Assembly (NCBI GenBank): GCA_043228905.1
Contig: JBHGNT010000013.1
Coordinates: forward strand, 15,004,001-15,068,000
Reading direction: 5' to 3'
DNA: 64,000 bases
DNA from: Azolla caroliniana
Lineage: Eukaryota; Plantae; Polypodiophyta
Part shown: piece after piece, positions 1 to 10,725 of the stretch
How the letters are laid out: each line of letters opens with the position of its first letter
Numbering within the stretch: position 1 is the stretch's first letter
Position numbers and translations under genes: made by a program
Notes under the pieces: model-generated
The model's input: only the letters and a program-made list of their open reading frames with translations
Told to the model about the DNA's origin: nothing
Databases searched by the model: none

Positions 1-40
1 TCCTAACAAATCGTCAGTGTCATTTTCTTCATAGAGTCTA

Positions 41-3000
41 TTACATAGCAATCAATTCATCAACGTCATTTTCTTCATCATCTTGTGTAGAACTCTCTTC
101 GACTATACGTGCATTGGTTTCCCCTGTTAGCCGAGCCAACGAAATATCTTCTATAAGCTCATCATCAAGCTCTATTAGCTCCCTCGGTTCGCCGGCTAAC
201 GGAGGAATAGGCTCTCGCAAAGCAGGTTGAAACCTTTCTATATTAGCGAGGTTCTTTGCACCGACCTCCTCATCCTAGTCTGGGCACTCCCACAAAGCCT
301 TAATCCGCATATTAATAAATATAACTTGGTCCTCGTCCTTCTCCAATGCAACTATATTTCTAAAAAGCTTCAATGCACATGCAGACGTTGTTCCTGTGAT
401 GTAAGTAACAAGAAGATTTAGTTGTCAAACGAAAAAAAAAGGGATTGGTTATCTCAAGATCGTTACCCTAGTTCGAGGAATACCTATGCCAGAAAAGAGA
501 TCTAATATCCAGTCTCCTTTGACAGAAAACATCTCGATCAAGCGCATCATAAGTCGTTGAGGTTTTTGGTATGGGTTGACAAGTCCCCGTTCTGTCGTGG
601 TGACATGTCGCAATTTCCGTGTCACTGTTGGATATACCAACAGATTTGAACCTCCCACTTCATTAGAACGCTCCTTGATTCTCTGTTTCTTAATTTCATC
701 GAAGTAGCCAACTGTTATGTATTCTATGGCATTAACGAACCGAAAAGTTGGCCCTCTATTTACATTGGTCTTGATCCTATAAAAAATAATACATCGAGTT
801 AAGAATAGATTGAACAACCTTAAGAAATGCAATATAGTGAAAGACACCTATAAATTATCCTTACCATGCAAGGTTCTCGATGCCATGGCAACGAGATCTC
901 AAAGCTTGAGCTACCGAGTACCCTTGGTCCATACTATGAAAGACAACTATTCGCCACAAGGATGCAGTCGTTAGCTCAGCGAAATCCTTGACCATCTTCT
1001 CCAATTGTTTAAACCTAAACGGTTCATCGTCGTATGATGACCCAGCCATTCGAAATCCGTAAGGAATATCCGCAATCATTAGCGTATATTCCTTCTTTGG
1101 CACCTTTTGGATCAAGTCGACGACATCACCGCAAACCACATTATAGTAAAGATCTCTCGTAATATCTTTTGTGTGGCTAAATTTTTTAAAGGAGCCATCT
1201 TCCTCCATTTCGTACGCCTTGACTAAGCGACGATCCTTTTCTTTTCTAGCTCGCTCGAGATGTGCAAGGAAGGATGTAGGGAAATCGTGTATATCCTTAA
1301 CTTCTCCTTGTTTCTTGCCTCGACACGGTTTCTAATAGAAGCAATAGGACATCAGGTATTATTATACAAGCTCTACATATGATGAAAGGGTAATGAAAAA
1401 CCATCAATACTAACCCAATCCTTGAATGCAATAAAATACTCTGATAACGCCTTATATGAAGACGTTAGAGGATAATCCTCGGTCACTTGTTCCCAAGTTA
1501 TACATCCAAGTTGTTTCATCATAACTTCTTGGATCTTCATATACACCTTATGACTGTAAAATTAGAAATCAAGATTAGAACTTTGAATTACACTAGATAG
1601 ACTACAATTTCAGTATTTGAAAGACTTACTTATTGAACTCAGTGACCATTTCTTCAAGGCTTAAATCTTTCGCCACAACCCTTGACAAAACAGACACAAG
1701 AAGCTGCTCATCCTTAATACCTTGCATCGTTCTCCACAGAGACAGCTTCATGTCGTCTGCCACTTCTTCAATTGTCAAGTCAATTTTCTTGGCGGCTTGT
1801 GACTTTAACTCTAGTTGAGGGTCAACCTTACATTTCTTTTGTCGTTGACCCTTTACCTCCTTATTCTCCCACATTGAGAAGATTTGATCTTGTAGGTCCC
1901 ATACTTCTCCATCTCTAAACGCCAATTGAAACCAAGACTCATACTTTCGAAGACCATCGGACTTAACATTATCATCTACCACAATGCCGACTTCATGCAG
2001 ACATTGACGTCGTAGGCCTGGATGTAACTTCACACCAAACTTTTGTTTCACGTCTAAATACTCGTGGTGGAAGAACCGTATACACTCAATGGACGACATT
2101 TTCTGCCTATAGTCATTATCATTATTATGGTCCCATGCCAACAACTTAGCCTCTTCGGTTGTGAGCCCAACATAAATTTTGCATTCGGCATACTTGAAGA
2201 AGAAAGTCGTTGGATGTTCTCTCACAAGTTGCCGACGTGCCTCTGCTGAATGCGATCCACCAATGACAAAATAATTATATTGATCATGCTTTCTAATATC
2301 AAAATCTTCAATGGTTTCACATTCTTCAGGATCTACCATAACAATAAAAGGCACCACAGTGGCATGAGGATTAATTTTCATTTTTTTCTTGAGATTTTGA
2401 ACATGCATGCGGTGTGGCTCTCTAATCTCAAGTGGTCGTCGGCCTGTTTTTTCATCAATAGGGGGCCGATGGATGTGTGTTATAGGCAAATTAAACACTT
2501 GCCCTTTCCTGACCAGTTTCCGTTGCATTTACTCTCTCCTTATCTTATTCTGCTCGGATGACAAAACACCCGATGCCAGCTCAGCTCCTGGCGTCCCCTT
2601 ATTATCCTCCTCTTCGTTTTCACTTGTTGAATCGGTGTCCGACATTTTGGTTGTCTTCTTCTTTGGTGGTCTTGACTGGACTTTGGATACCCTTTTTGTG
2701 GCCTTCAATGGGGAGGGCACTTCATCTCTTAGAGTTACATGGCCTTGTATATAAGGCCTCAAGGTAACAATAAGGTTTTGTGAGCTTTCAAGATCTTTTT
2801 TGAACGCTTCTGGCCCACAAGATTCCTTTACTAAAAGGTCTTCTGAAAGGAACACTTTACGTACCCCCTTGGAGCACTCTATCATTACCAGTATGTTGGC
2901 CGAATCTGCATCTTCGTAGTCAAATCGTAGAATATGGCCATACATAAATGGGGTTTCCTTTCCAAGCTGCCCCTCCCCCTTCTTCTTTGCTGTATACAAT

Positions 3001-4346
3001 ACGACTTTTTTCTTTGAGTCAACATATTGCATACACCATTCCTTGTCCGTTAGATCACGGTCAGGAAGGTCTTCACCTCCAGTAGCGGCGACAAGTTTCT
3101 TTTGGCTAACATCAATATGTGGCTGAGATTTTGTCTCTTCGTTGAAGAGAAGCTTTTTTCCTCTCTTCATGGTCTCAGGAGCTACCTTGGTCTGGGCTTC
3201 GATTGGAGAACCCTGTATGCGAAGCTTTATTTTCTTCACGGGTCGGTCCGACAAGTTCTCAAACAACCTATTTAAGAAAGTACATGCAAAAACATAAGTT
3301 AGGTGGTCACATAGATTAAGGTTGTATATTAAAATATAAATATTAAGATGAAGAACAGTTCTCACTAGCAGGCAATTAGTGGTGAAGTGAAAATATCAAT
3401 CATGCATTCAGAGTACATGGTAGTCCTATATTCAAAAATCTATTCTAGGCAGGGCTATTCAAACTAGAAAATATATATCGTAATAAGTAAACAGGGTTAT
3501 ATATTCTTTTAAAGAGTAGGTATGAGTTATATAGATTCCAAACCTATATTGAGGAGAATTTGCTATCGTAAAGGCAATTTGAGGATCATTTTCTTCTATT
3601 TTAAGCTAAAGTAGGTCATAAAACACCTATAATTATGGCATGCTTTTTTTTAAAAGTAAGGCAAGTCAACATAAAAAAGACTTGTTTTGGACAGACAATT
3701 TGATATCTTTTCCACACAATAATTAATTGTTACCCCAAAAACACAATTTTTCTCTTTTAGAGCCTTCTTTTATACAGGAACTCGACATGGCGTATCGAGT
3801 TCCTGTTTTAATCCTAAACTTTAAACGAGAACTCGATATGCCGTATCGAGTTCCTATGCTTTCTTTGCTTTTTAAACAGGAACTTGATACGGCGTATCGA
3901 GTTCGTGTTTAAAACCTAAACTTTAAACACGAACTCGATACGCCATATCGAGTTCGTGTTTAAAATCCAAACTTTAAACGGGAACTCGATACGGCGTATC
4001 GAGTTCCTATTTAAAGTTTAGGTTTTAAACGGGAACTCGATACGGCATATCGAGTTCCTATTTAAAGTTAAGGTTTTAAACGGGAACTCGATACGGCGTA
4101 TCGAGTTCGTGTTTAAAGTGTAGGTTTTAAACAAGAACTCGATACGCCATATCGAGTTCCTGTTTAAAAAGCAAAAACAAATTATGAACTCGATACGCCG
4201 TATCGAGTTCCTGTATAAAGTTTGTATTGTATACAGGAACTCGATACGGCGTATCGAGTTCTTGAGCGACGAAACATATTTACAAAAATGTCCATAGTGT
4301 CAGAGGCCTACCTGGAGTCCTCGCGCTCGATTCTCTTTGAAGACAT
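41..4346 (-). pseudogene. Spliced ParB/Srx-like domain + beta-class N6-adenine/N4-cytosine DNA methyltransferase fusion gene (about 900-975 codons, 2 premature stops)
   Basis: Phase-consistent GT-AG exons read on the minus strand: 4346-4312 (MSSKRIEREDS), 3267-1630, 1553-1415, 1331-865, 776-484, 393-41. ParB-like core: LPITHIHRP..IRE..HVQNLKKKM..PFIVMV..YFVIGGSHSAEA..L..CKIYVGL..EEAKLLA..HN. MTase motifs in beta order: VVCGD..LIQKVP..YTLMIADIPYG (motif IV, 1070-1059), LAWIK, NPYQKPQRLMMRLIEMFSVKGDWILDLFSGIG|TTSACALKLFRNIVALE (motifs X, I, II). In-frame stops TAA 2531-2529 and TAG 277-275. Confidence 0.85.
3778..4261. repeat. Array of ten 25-bp palindromes (GAACTCGATAC-GGC/GCC-GTATCGAGTTC) separated by 26-bp AT-rich, partly palindromic spacers; exact 51-bp period
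   Basis: Repeat starts at 3778, 3829, 3880, 3931, 3982, 4033, 4084, 4135, 4186 and 4237. The array lies within intron 1 (4311-3268) of the ParB-MTase gene. Confidence 0.97.
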
Positions 4347-4439
4347 GGTTGATCGTGTGGCAGTGGAGGCGGAGATCGCGCTTTGGTGCTTTGTGCTCTG
4401 TGTGCTCTGTACGTTCTGTGTGCTCTGTACGCTCTTGTG

Positions 4440-5153
4440 AGTGAAATATGACGAGGTCTTCCTATTTATAGGGATTGACCACATTGGTTAAAGTAACCAT
4501 AGTCACCTTAACCAAGGTTGGTAAGTTTGAGGATAGTTAGTTGGTAACCACAGTCACATTAACTAGAGTAACTTATGATTGCATTAATGATTACAAAGTC
4601 AAACTAACATATTGATCAATCTTTTATAGTCATAACAACCTGCAATGACTTCAAAGGTCATGAAGGAGACAATGATAGAGGTTCATGAATGTACCAATGA
4701 TTGATTACTAAAAGCAACAATTTTTATGACTCTCAAATGATGTGTATTAAAGATGTGAGCATGAATGAACCAATGATTGATAAGTCTAATATTTAAAATG
4801 GTGAGCATTAAAGAACCAATGAGTGAGATGTTCTATATCAAAATGGGTGCCATTAATTAGCCAATGATTTTAACATTAATCCAACATATTCATGGCTTGT
4901 TAATGATTAGATTTATATTATACTTGATTTAACTTCATATAGATGTAGTTTATATAATAATTGATATTTTAAGTACAATTACTTTATTAAAAATAAATTT
5001 TTTATGTATTGTATTAATAGAATATTACATAATATAGACATTCTATTGATTTGGCTTTTGTTTAGAGAGAAGTTTATGTTTAGAGAGGAGCTTATTAGTT
5101 TTTTTCCTTACCCTAAGCACATAACTTACAGAGCCCTATCTAGACCTTAAGCC
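4440..5153. promoter_or_regulatory. Putative bidirectional promoter between the ParB-MTase and transposase genes
   Basis: Minus-strand TATAAATA at 4470-4463, about 120 bp upstream of the MTase ATG (4346). Repeated (A/G)CCAATGA motifs near 4694, 4769, 4815 and 4860. AT-rich. Confidence 0.5.
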
Positions 5154-7933
5154 ATGAGTGAAGATTCACCGTTCTCGATTGAAGAATATTGTTTGTCATC
5201 AGACTCATCGTTTTCTACTGAAGAGTATTGTTTGTCAACAGAGTCACCATATTCGATTGAAGAATATTGTCTGTCGACAGACTCACCATATTCTATCGAA
5301 GAATATTGTCTGAGCTCATCTACAGGGAATGTAAATAATGACACATGTGAAGAGTTCTCTATTGAAGAATACGATATTAATAAAGATACGGAGAATGAAG
5401 GTAGTGCCCAAGAAACATTGAATAACATTGGCGATGGTCACAACAGAGAATTAGATTGTAACAAGGTTACACCAACCTCTATGTAGGAAGAGAAATCTGG
5501 GAGCCCTATGCATATTAGAAGAATCCCACGAAGAATTCGTCTGGCTAGATTTAGCTTGGTGACATCAGATAAACAGATTGGATTTGATGTCAAAAAAATA
5601 TGTTGTGCCCGTGGTTGTATGTCTATGATTGGAAAATCAAAGTTGCGAGAATTAAGGCGATACTATTTTTCGATGACCGATGATGAGCAAGACACTTACC
5701 TCGGGTCACATATGCAACTAGTATCTGACAAATGTACGGGGATCAAAGTATCATTCGAGTATTATATCTTCCATGCGCAACAGATATGTAGAGTTGCATT
5801 CAAAATTGCGTTATGCGTTAGTAACATGCGGCTACATAGAGTACAACAACGTCTACTTAGCGGGGATCAGATGCTCAATTGTAAAGAGGTTCCAAGTATG
5901 AAAGGTGCAATTGGAAGACATGCTATTGGTTGGATGAAAACTTACTTTCAGTTAAATTGTGAAGTAATGCCCACTACAGGTAGGATGCATCTTTCTTATA
6001 ATTATACACGTCGGGAAGTTTATGATGTCTATCGATCTGATATGTTGGGCTCACGTAATAAGTCTATCACCTATAGCCAATTCACAAGATTATGGAGAGC
6101 TCGGTTTTCAAATGTTATTATTCCTCGTAAAGTACGTATGGGGTATTGCTCCATTTGTGCAAATCTTAAAAGTTTGGCTAAAGGTGCAAAGACATCAATG
6201 GAAAAGGATACGAGTAAGAAGTTACTACAAGAGCATCGTGAGGCACAATCCTTAGAATGAAAGAAGGTGATGCATCATAGAGAGAAGTGTTTGAAGAGGC
6301 CCAAACAATACATGTGCTTAATGATAGATGGCATGGACCATAAGAAGACATGCTTGCCGCATATGCGGAGGCTCCCCAAAGATGTCAATGATGAGTGCCT
6401 TGTTCAAATGCACTTGGTGGGATGCTTGGCTTATAATAGGTCTGTTCAACCTCACGTCTTCATTACTTACCCCAATGTTCACAATGACCCTAACCTAACA
6501 GTTACAGTGATTCACCGAGTTTTGATGTCTTGGGGCCAACCTTTCCCTCCTGTTCTATACATTCAATTGGACAATACTGCTAGAGAGAACAAAAATTCAA
6601 CTGTATTTGGCTATCTAAGTATGTTGGTCAACCTAGAATTGTTTAGGAAAGTGAAAGTCAATTTCCTTTGGTTGGCCACACACATGACCATATAGATCAG
6701 ATGTTTAGCACATTCTCCAGACAGTTGTCTCGGCATGATGCTTTCACTTTACCTAAACTATTTGATGTCATTTGTGATGCATATACACCACGCCCAAAAG
6801 TGTTACACTTGAAGGAGGTATATGACTTTAAGAGATATATATCAGATGGGGGTGGTGGGAATGTTAAAGTGCTTGCTCAGTTAAACAATATAAGTTTCAA
6901 TCACATTTTTATGATAAAGAAAAATGGAATAAGTGGTTCTACACTTTTGTATGCTAAACAATATTCATCTTCTACAACATGGGAACCTGAAGGTGGTTGC
7001 CAGTTATTACTTTGTATGCCGAGTACAATTGTCCATGGAGCTAAGCAAATGCCAATTGAGAAGTAAGGACAGTTGCAGAGCGACTTGGTATCGGAACAAA
7101 AACGGTCATGGCTCCAAGCCTTAGAAGAAAAAAGAAAGCATATTGAGGCCGCCAAGAAATATGCTGCACAATAAGACACGTCATGGTGGGATGTATTTTA
7201 TAGTGATCAGAAAGAAATTATAGACAATTGTGTATCTGTTGATAATTGGAATTTGGAAACGCCATTCACATGGTCGCTGCAACATGATCGCGTAAATAGA
7301 ACTCCGGAGCAACTAGTAAATGCAATTAATGACAGCTTAGTCCATCCACAACAAAGAGACATTTATGTGGGACCAAGGATGACCAAAGCAGCCGAAGCTA
7401 GATGGCAAGGCAATTTGCAAGAGCTTACCGCGGGGATGTTGATTGCAACGCCGGCTGATGAGAACTCACATGGCCACCAATTTTGGGTTGGTAAAATTCT
7501 AGAAGTGCTAATGCATGAAATAGAAAACACGATCAAGTCTATAAATGTTCATTGGTACAACACTAGAAGTGCAAATGCTTTTATAGGTAAGTATACATTG
7601 GAGATGATTGAATGCCCAACAAGAAGGGGAGGTAGGAAGAGGAAGCGAAACATTCGTAACACCTCGACCCTTGATATCTCTGATGTGGATATCATCGTGT
7701 ACGACTTCACACTTACAAAAGCCGGACGATTAAGGAAGTCAACAATAGATATAATAAAAGAAAAATTACCAGGTCTACAAGGTGGCTCGAGTCAAAGGCA
7801 AACGAGATCTGCTACATATAATCTAGAGTCAAACCATTTGGTTTATGACGAAGATAATGCACTGATTGGTACATCCGAGGATGATGAGGAGGAATCGTCA
7901 TTGTATATTAGTTATAGTAGTGATTCTCCGTAA
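5154..7933 (+). pseudogene. Sola-like/DUF7869-type DDD transposase (about 925 codons) with Cys-rich N-region and C-terminal BAH/Tudor-like module; disrupted
   Basis: ORFs 5154-5486, 5508-6260 and 6267-6695 share one frame; 6668-7066 and 7253-7933 share another (single 1-nt frameshift near 6665). Motifs CCARGC..C, CSIC, IDGMD, LYIQLDNTARENKN and FL.VGHTHDHIDQMFS are typical of this RNase H-fold family. Stops at 5484, 6258, 7064 and 7172. No introns are needed. Confidence 0.75.
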
Positions 7934-8514
7934 AGGAGTGATCATGAATGTATATTTGGCTATTAAGTGTAACTACATTCCGCTTGTAACAAATCGAGTA
8001 ATATAAAAGCATGTGTTTTGAATTCTTATGATTTCTAAAAAATCGTTTCTTATAAAATAACATTGGTTGTAAAGTTTGTGATATAAATTGAGAATGTATC
8101 TTTTTGAAATTCGACTTTTTTTAGTTACTTCTAAATCACGAAAATAGTGGATTTTTAACCTTTTTCATAGTATGTTTGAACATGTATGATACTAGTATCA
8201 ATGTGTTTTGTAAAATCATTGAAAAAGCCCTAAAATTTCCCTTATCCTTCCATTTATGCGCGATCCTTCCACTTGTGAACGCAAACGTGTTATATCCCCT
8301 TTCTTTTATATTAGAGAATTATAAAAAGGTCCTATTTAGCGTTAGGAAATCACTAGTATTTAGTAGAAAACCTAAAAGTACCCTTATACCTGTCATCTTC
8401 AAACTTAGGTATACAAAAGATACCCCTAGATTAGGAATTCACAACATGCTAGAAAACCTCCACGGAGATTTAGCCACACATCCCCAACTATGCGAATTAT
8501 CGTGACCCTTCATA

Positions 8515-9084
8515 TGTTGGACTAAGTCTAAGTCCATTCATTCCCTTCTCGTCAAAACTAAATATAAATCAATAAATACTCCCACTTAATACTATATTCC
8601 TTTTATATCCCACCCCTATAATACCCCTCTTCTTAGACCCCGCCCCCACCCCCACCTATCACTTATCATATACATACATATAACCCCCCCTCTAGCCCAC
8701 TTTCACTTATCAATCCTTTGCCTATCATGACTCCCCGTTTCCCTCTCTCCCCTCATTAAACTCCTATTCTCTCTCTCTCTCTCTTCCTCCTATATAAACC
8801 TACCCTCTTGTTGTAAATGACATTGGCACTGATGAGCTCTACCTAGAGCGAAACTAGTTTGCACAAGGTCTTTGTAATGAAAATTTCTTAAGCTTTTCTT
8901 TTTTTCTCACTCGCTCTTCTCTTCTTCTTTCAGCTCATTCTCTTTTACTCTTGTTCACCTCTAATCCTACTCACCTTAGTTTCACTTGCATCATTGCTTT
9001 ATTTCTTTTCTTACTCTTCCCATATCATCTCAATAGTTGTGCTAGTTAGCTCGCACTCCTTGTCACGACGCTACGGTCACAACA
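8515..9084 (+). mobile_element. LTR-like segment (TG...CA) abutting a copia RT fragment
   Basis: Starts TGTTGG and ends CACAACA, with a TATATAAA box near 8791 and CT-rich tracts. Copia RT coding sequence resumes immediately after 9084. No matching TSD is visible. Confidence 0.45.
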
Positions 9085-10501
9085 AGACACGTTCTCGGCA
9101 TGAAGATTAGTCGGAATCGAAATCAAAGACAATTGTTTCTATCCCAATCCAACTATATTAAATGTGTCCTCGAACTCTTCAACATGTAATCAGCGAAATC
9201 TACTTCGACCCCTCTCCCCATTAGCCTTCGGCTGTCTCACCGAGACTGCCTGATATCCGGTTCAGCGGGGGAAACTATGAAGTCAGTACCATATGCACCA
9301 GCAGTCGGCTCCCTGATGTACACGACTGGTCGTGTCACGGCTTGACATTGCTCACGCAGTAGGAGTCGTCAGCAAATTCATGCACAACCCTGGCCGATCA
9401 CACTGGAACGCAGTAAAGCATGTGTTCAGATATCTGGGGGGCACAAAAGACCTTGGGATTCTATTGGGTTTGAACGACACTTCAGGTGTAGTTGGCTACA
9501 CCAACTCGGACTTTGCCGGCTGTGTGGACAGTCGAAAATCGACAACCGGATATTGCTTTATATTCGGCAATGGAGCAATCTCGTGGAAATAAAAACTTTA
9601 GGAGTGCACTGTCACATCAACGATTGAGGCCGAATACGTAGTTGCGTCCGACGCAGCGAAAGAGGCCCTACGGCTCAGTCGGTTGGCTTGCACATTTCGA
9701 CAAGTCGAATATGACTCGGCTCCAGTTTTCTACAGTGACAATCAGGGCATTGTCGCTCTATCAAAAATTTCAATTCATCGCAACTCTCTAAGCACATCGA
9801 CGTTCGATATCACTTTGTTCGGGACTGCATCATTTCAAGGAAAATCGGCCTCGAGAAGATATCTACAACCGATAATGTCGCAGATGGGATGACCAAGTGT
9901 CTTTCTGCGGATCGATTCTGATCCCGTCGACACCAGATGGGCATAACAAAAAATCAGTCCAATTAAGTTGGACACTCATGATGTTTTCGAAAAATCGACT
10001 TCGACAGTTCAAAGTTCAGCTTTAGCTTCCCCAACCTCAGCCAGCTCAATTTTTTTGTTTTCCGAAGTTCACCCACTTGAAAGAAATTTCAATTTGCTCG
10101 AAAACTTTGTATCAATCTGTATTGTACATTCATTTAGATTTACAAATTTTCAATGTATATGCCCATTACAGGGGAGTGTTGAATGTGGGTCTCTAATGGA
10201 CATATTCACACTATCTCCTTTTGTACACACTAGGTCTAGGGTATTTATGTAAATAGTGAGAAGGGCAGTTGCCCTAAGTTAGTCAATATATAAACTAACT
10301 TTGTAACCTAGTTTTGAGGGTTGAGATAATATAGTTCATCTTGTGCCCAACATCTCACCCTCTCTCTCTTGCATTCTAAGTGGCTCATTGTTCTATGTCT
10401 CTATTGCCATCAATCTAACTTGATTGTATCTGTTTATGATCTTCTTTTAGAAGAGTGTTGATTTGTTCCGCACTAGACGACCGCGTCTCTAAGACTGATC
10501 A
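9085..10501 (+). mobile_element. 3' portion of a decayed Ty1/copia element (RT/RNase H, PPT, 3' LTR about 10177-10501)
   Basis: RHVLGMKISR, VPYAPAVGSLMY, DIAHAVGVVSKFMHNPGRSHW, DFAGCVDSRKSTTGY, with stops and frameshifts. PPT CAGGGGAG directly precedes TGTTGAATG at 10177. Confidence 0.8.
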
Positions 10502-10725
10502 TGGTAATGTGAAGTGCAGGTGAAGGATATGGTGGATCGGATGGTGACGGTGGTTCAGGTGGCAAGAATGAACGTGCTCGAAATGGATGAACAAAGACCG
10601 CACATGTGAGGCATATTGAAAGAAGAAATCAAAGGTTGACTACCTTTGGTCCCGCCAATCACCTTCTTTTCATGGCACATGTCAAAGGATGTGTGGTTTG
10701 GTGGGGGTGAATGTCGTGATGTGGT

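Larger units (their letters stand above)
1..8511. mobile_element. Putative large DNA transposon (transposase + ParB-MTase cargo); left end outside the window
   Basis: Divergent gene pair with the same decay pattern, embedded in a TE nest. Sequence switches to LTR-like DNA after ...GTGACCCTTC (8511) ATAT. TIR and TSD cannot be verified because the other end is not in the window. Confidence 0.55.

Noticed and set aside
3778-4261. CRISPR array (palindromic repeats with constant-length spacers)
   Set aside because: Spacers are related to each other and to their own reverse complements rather than unique, no cas genes are present, and the array lies in a spliceosomal intron of a eukaryotic locus.
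41-4346. Bacterial contamination or a restriction-modification operon
   Set aside because: The MTase has canonical phase-consistent GT-AG introns and a TATA box, is contiguous with plant retrotransposons, and has no recognisable endonuclease partner.
3727-4440. ORFs 3727-3912 and 4222-4440 (ELDxxYRV repeats) as proteins
   Set aside because: They are translations of the palindrome array and of the antisense of MTase exon 1.
275-7174. Stops repaired by U-to-C RNA editing
   Set aside because: U-to-C editing in seed-free plants is organellar. A frameshift is also present, and methylation-driven decay explains the pattern.
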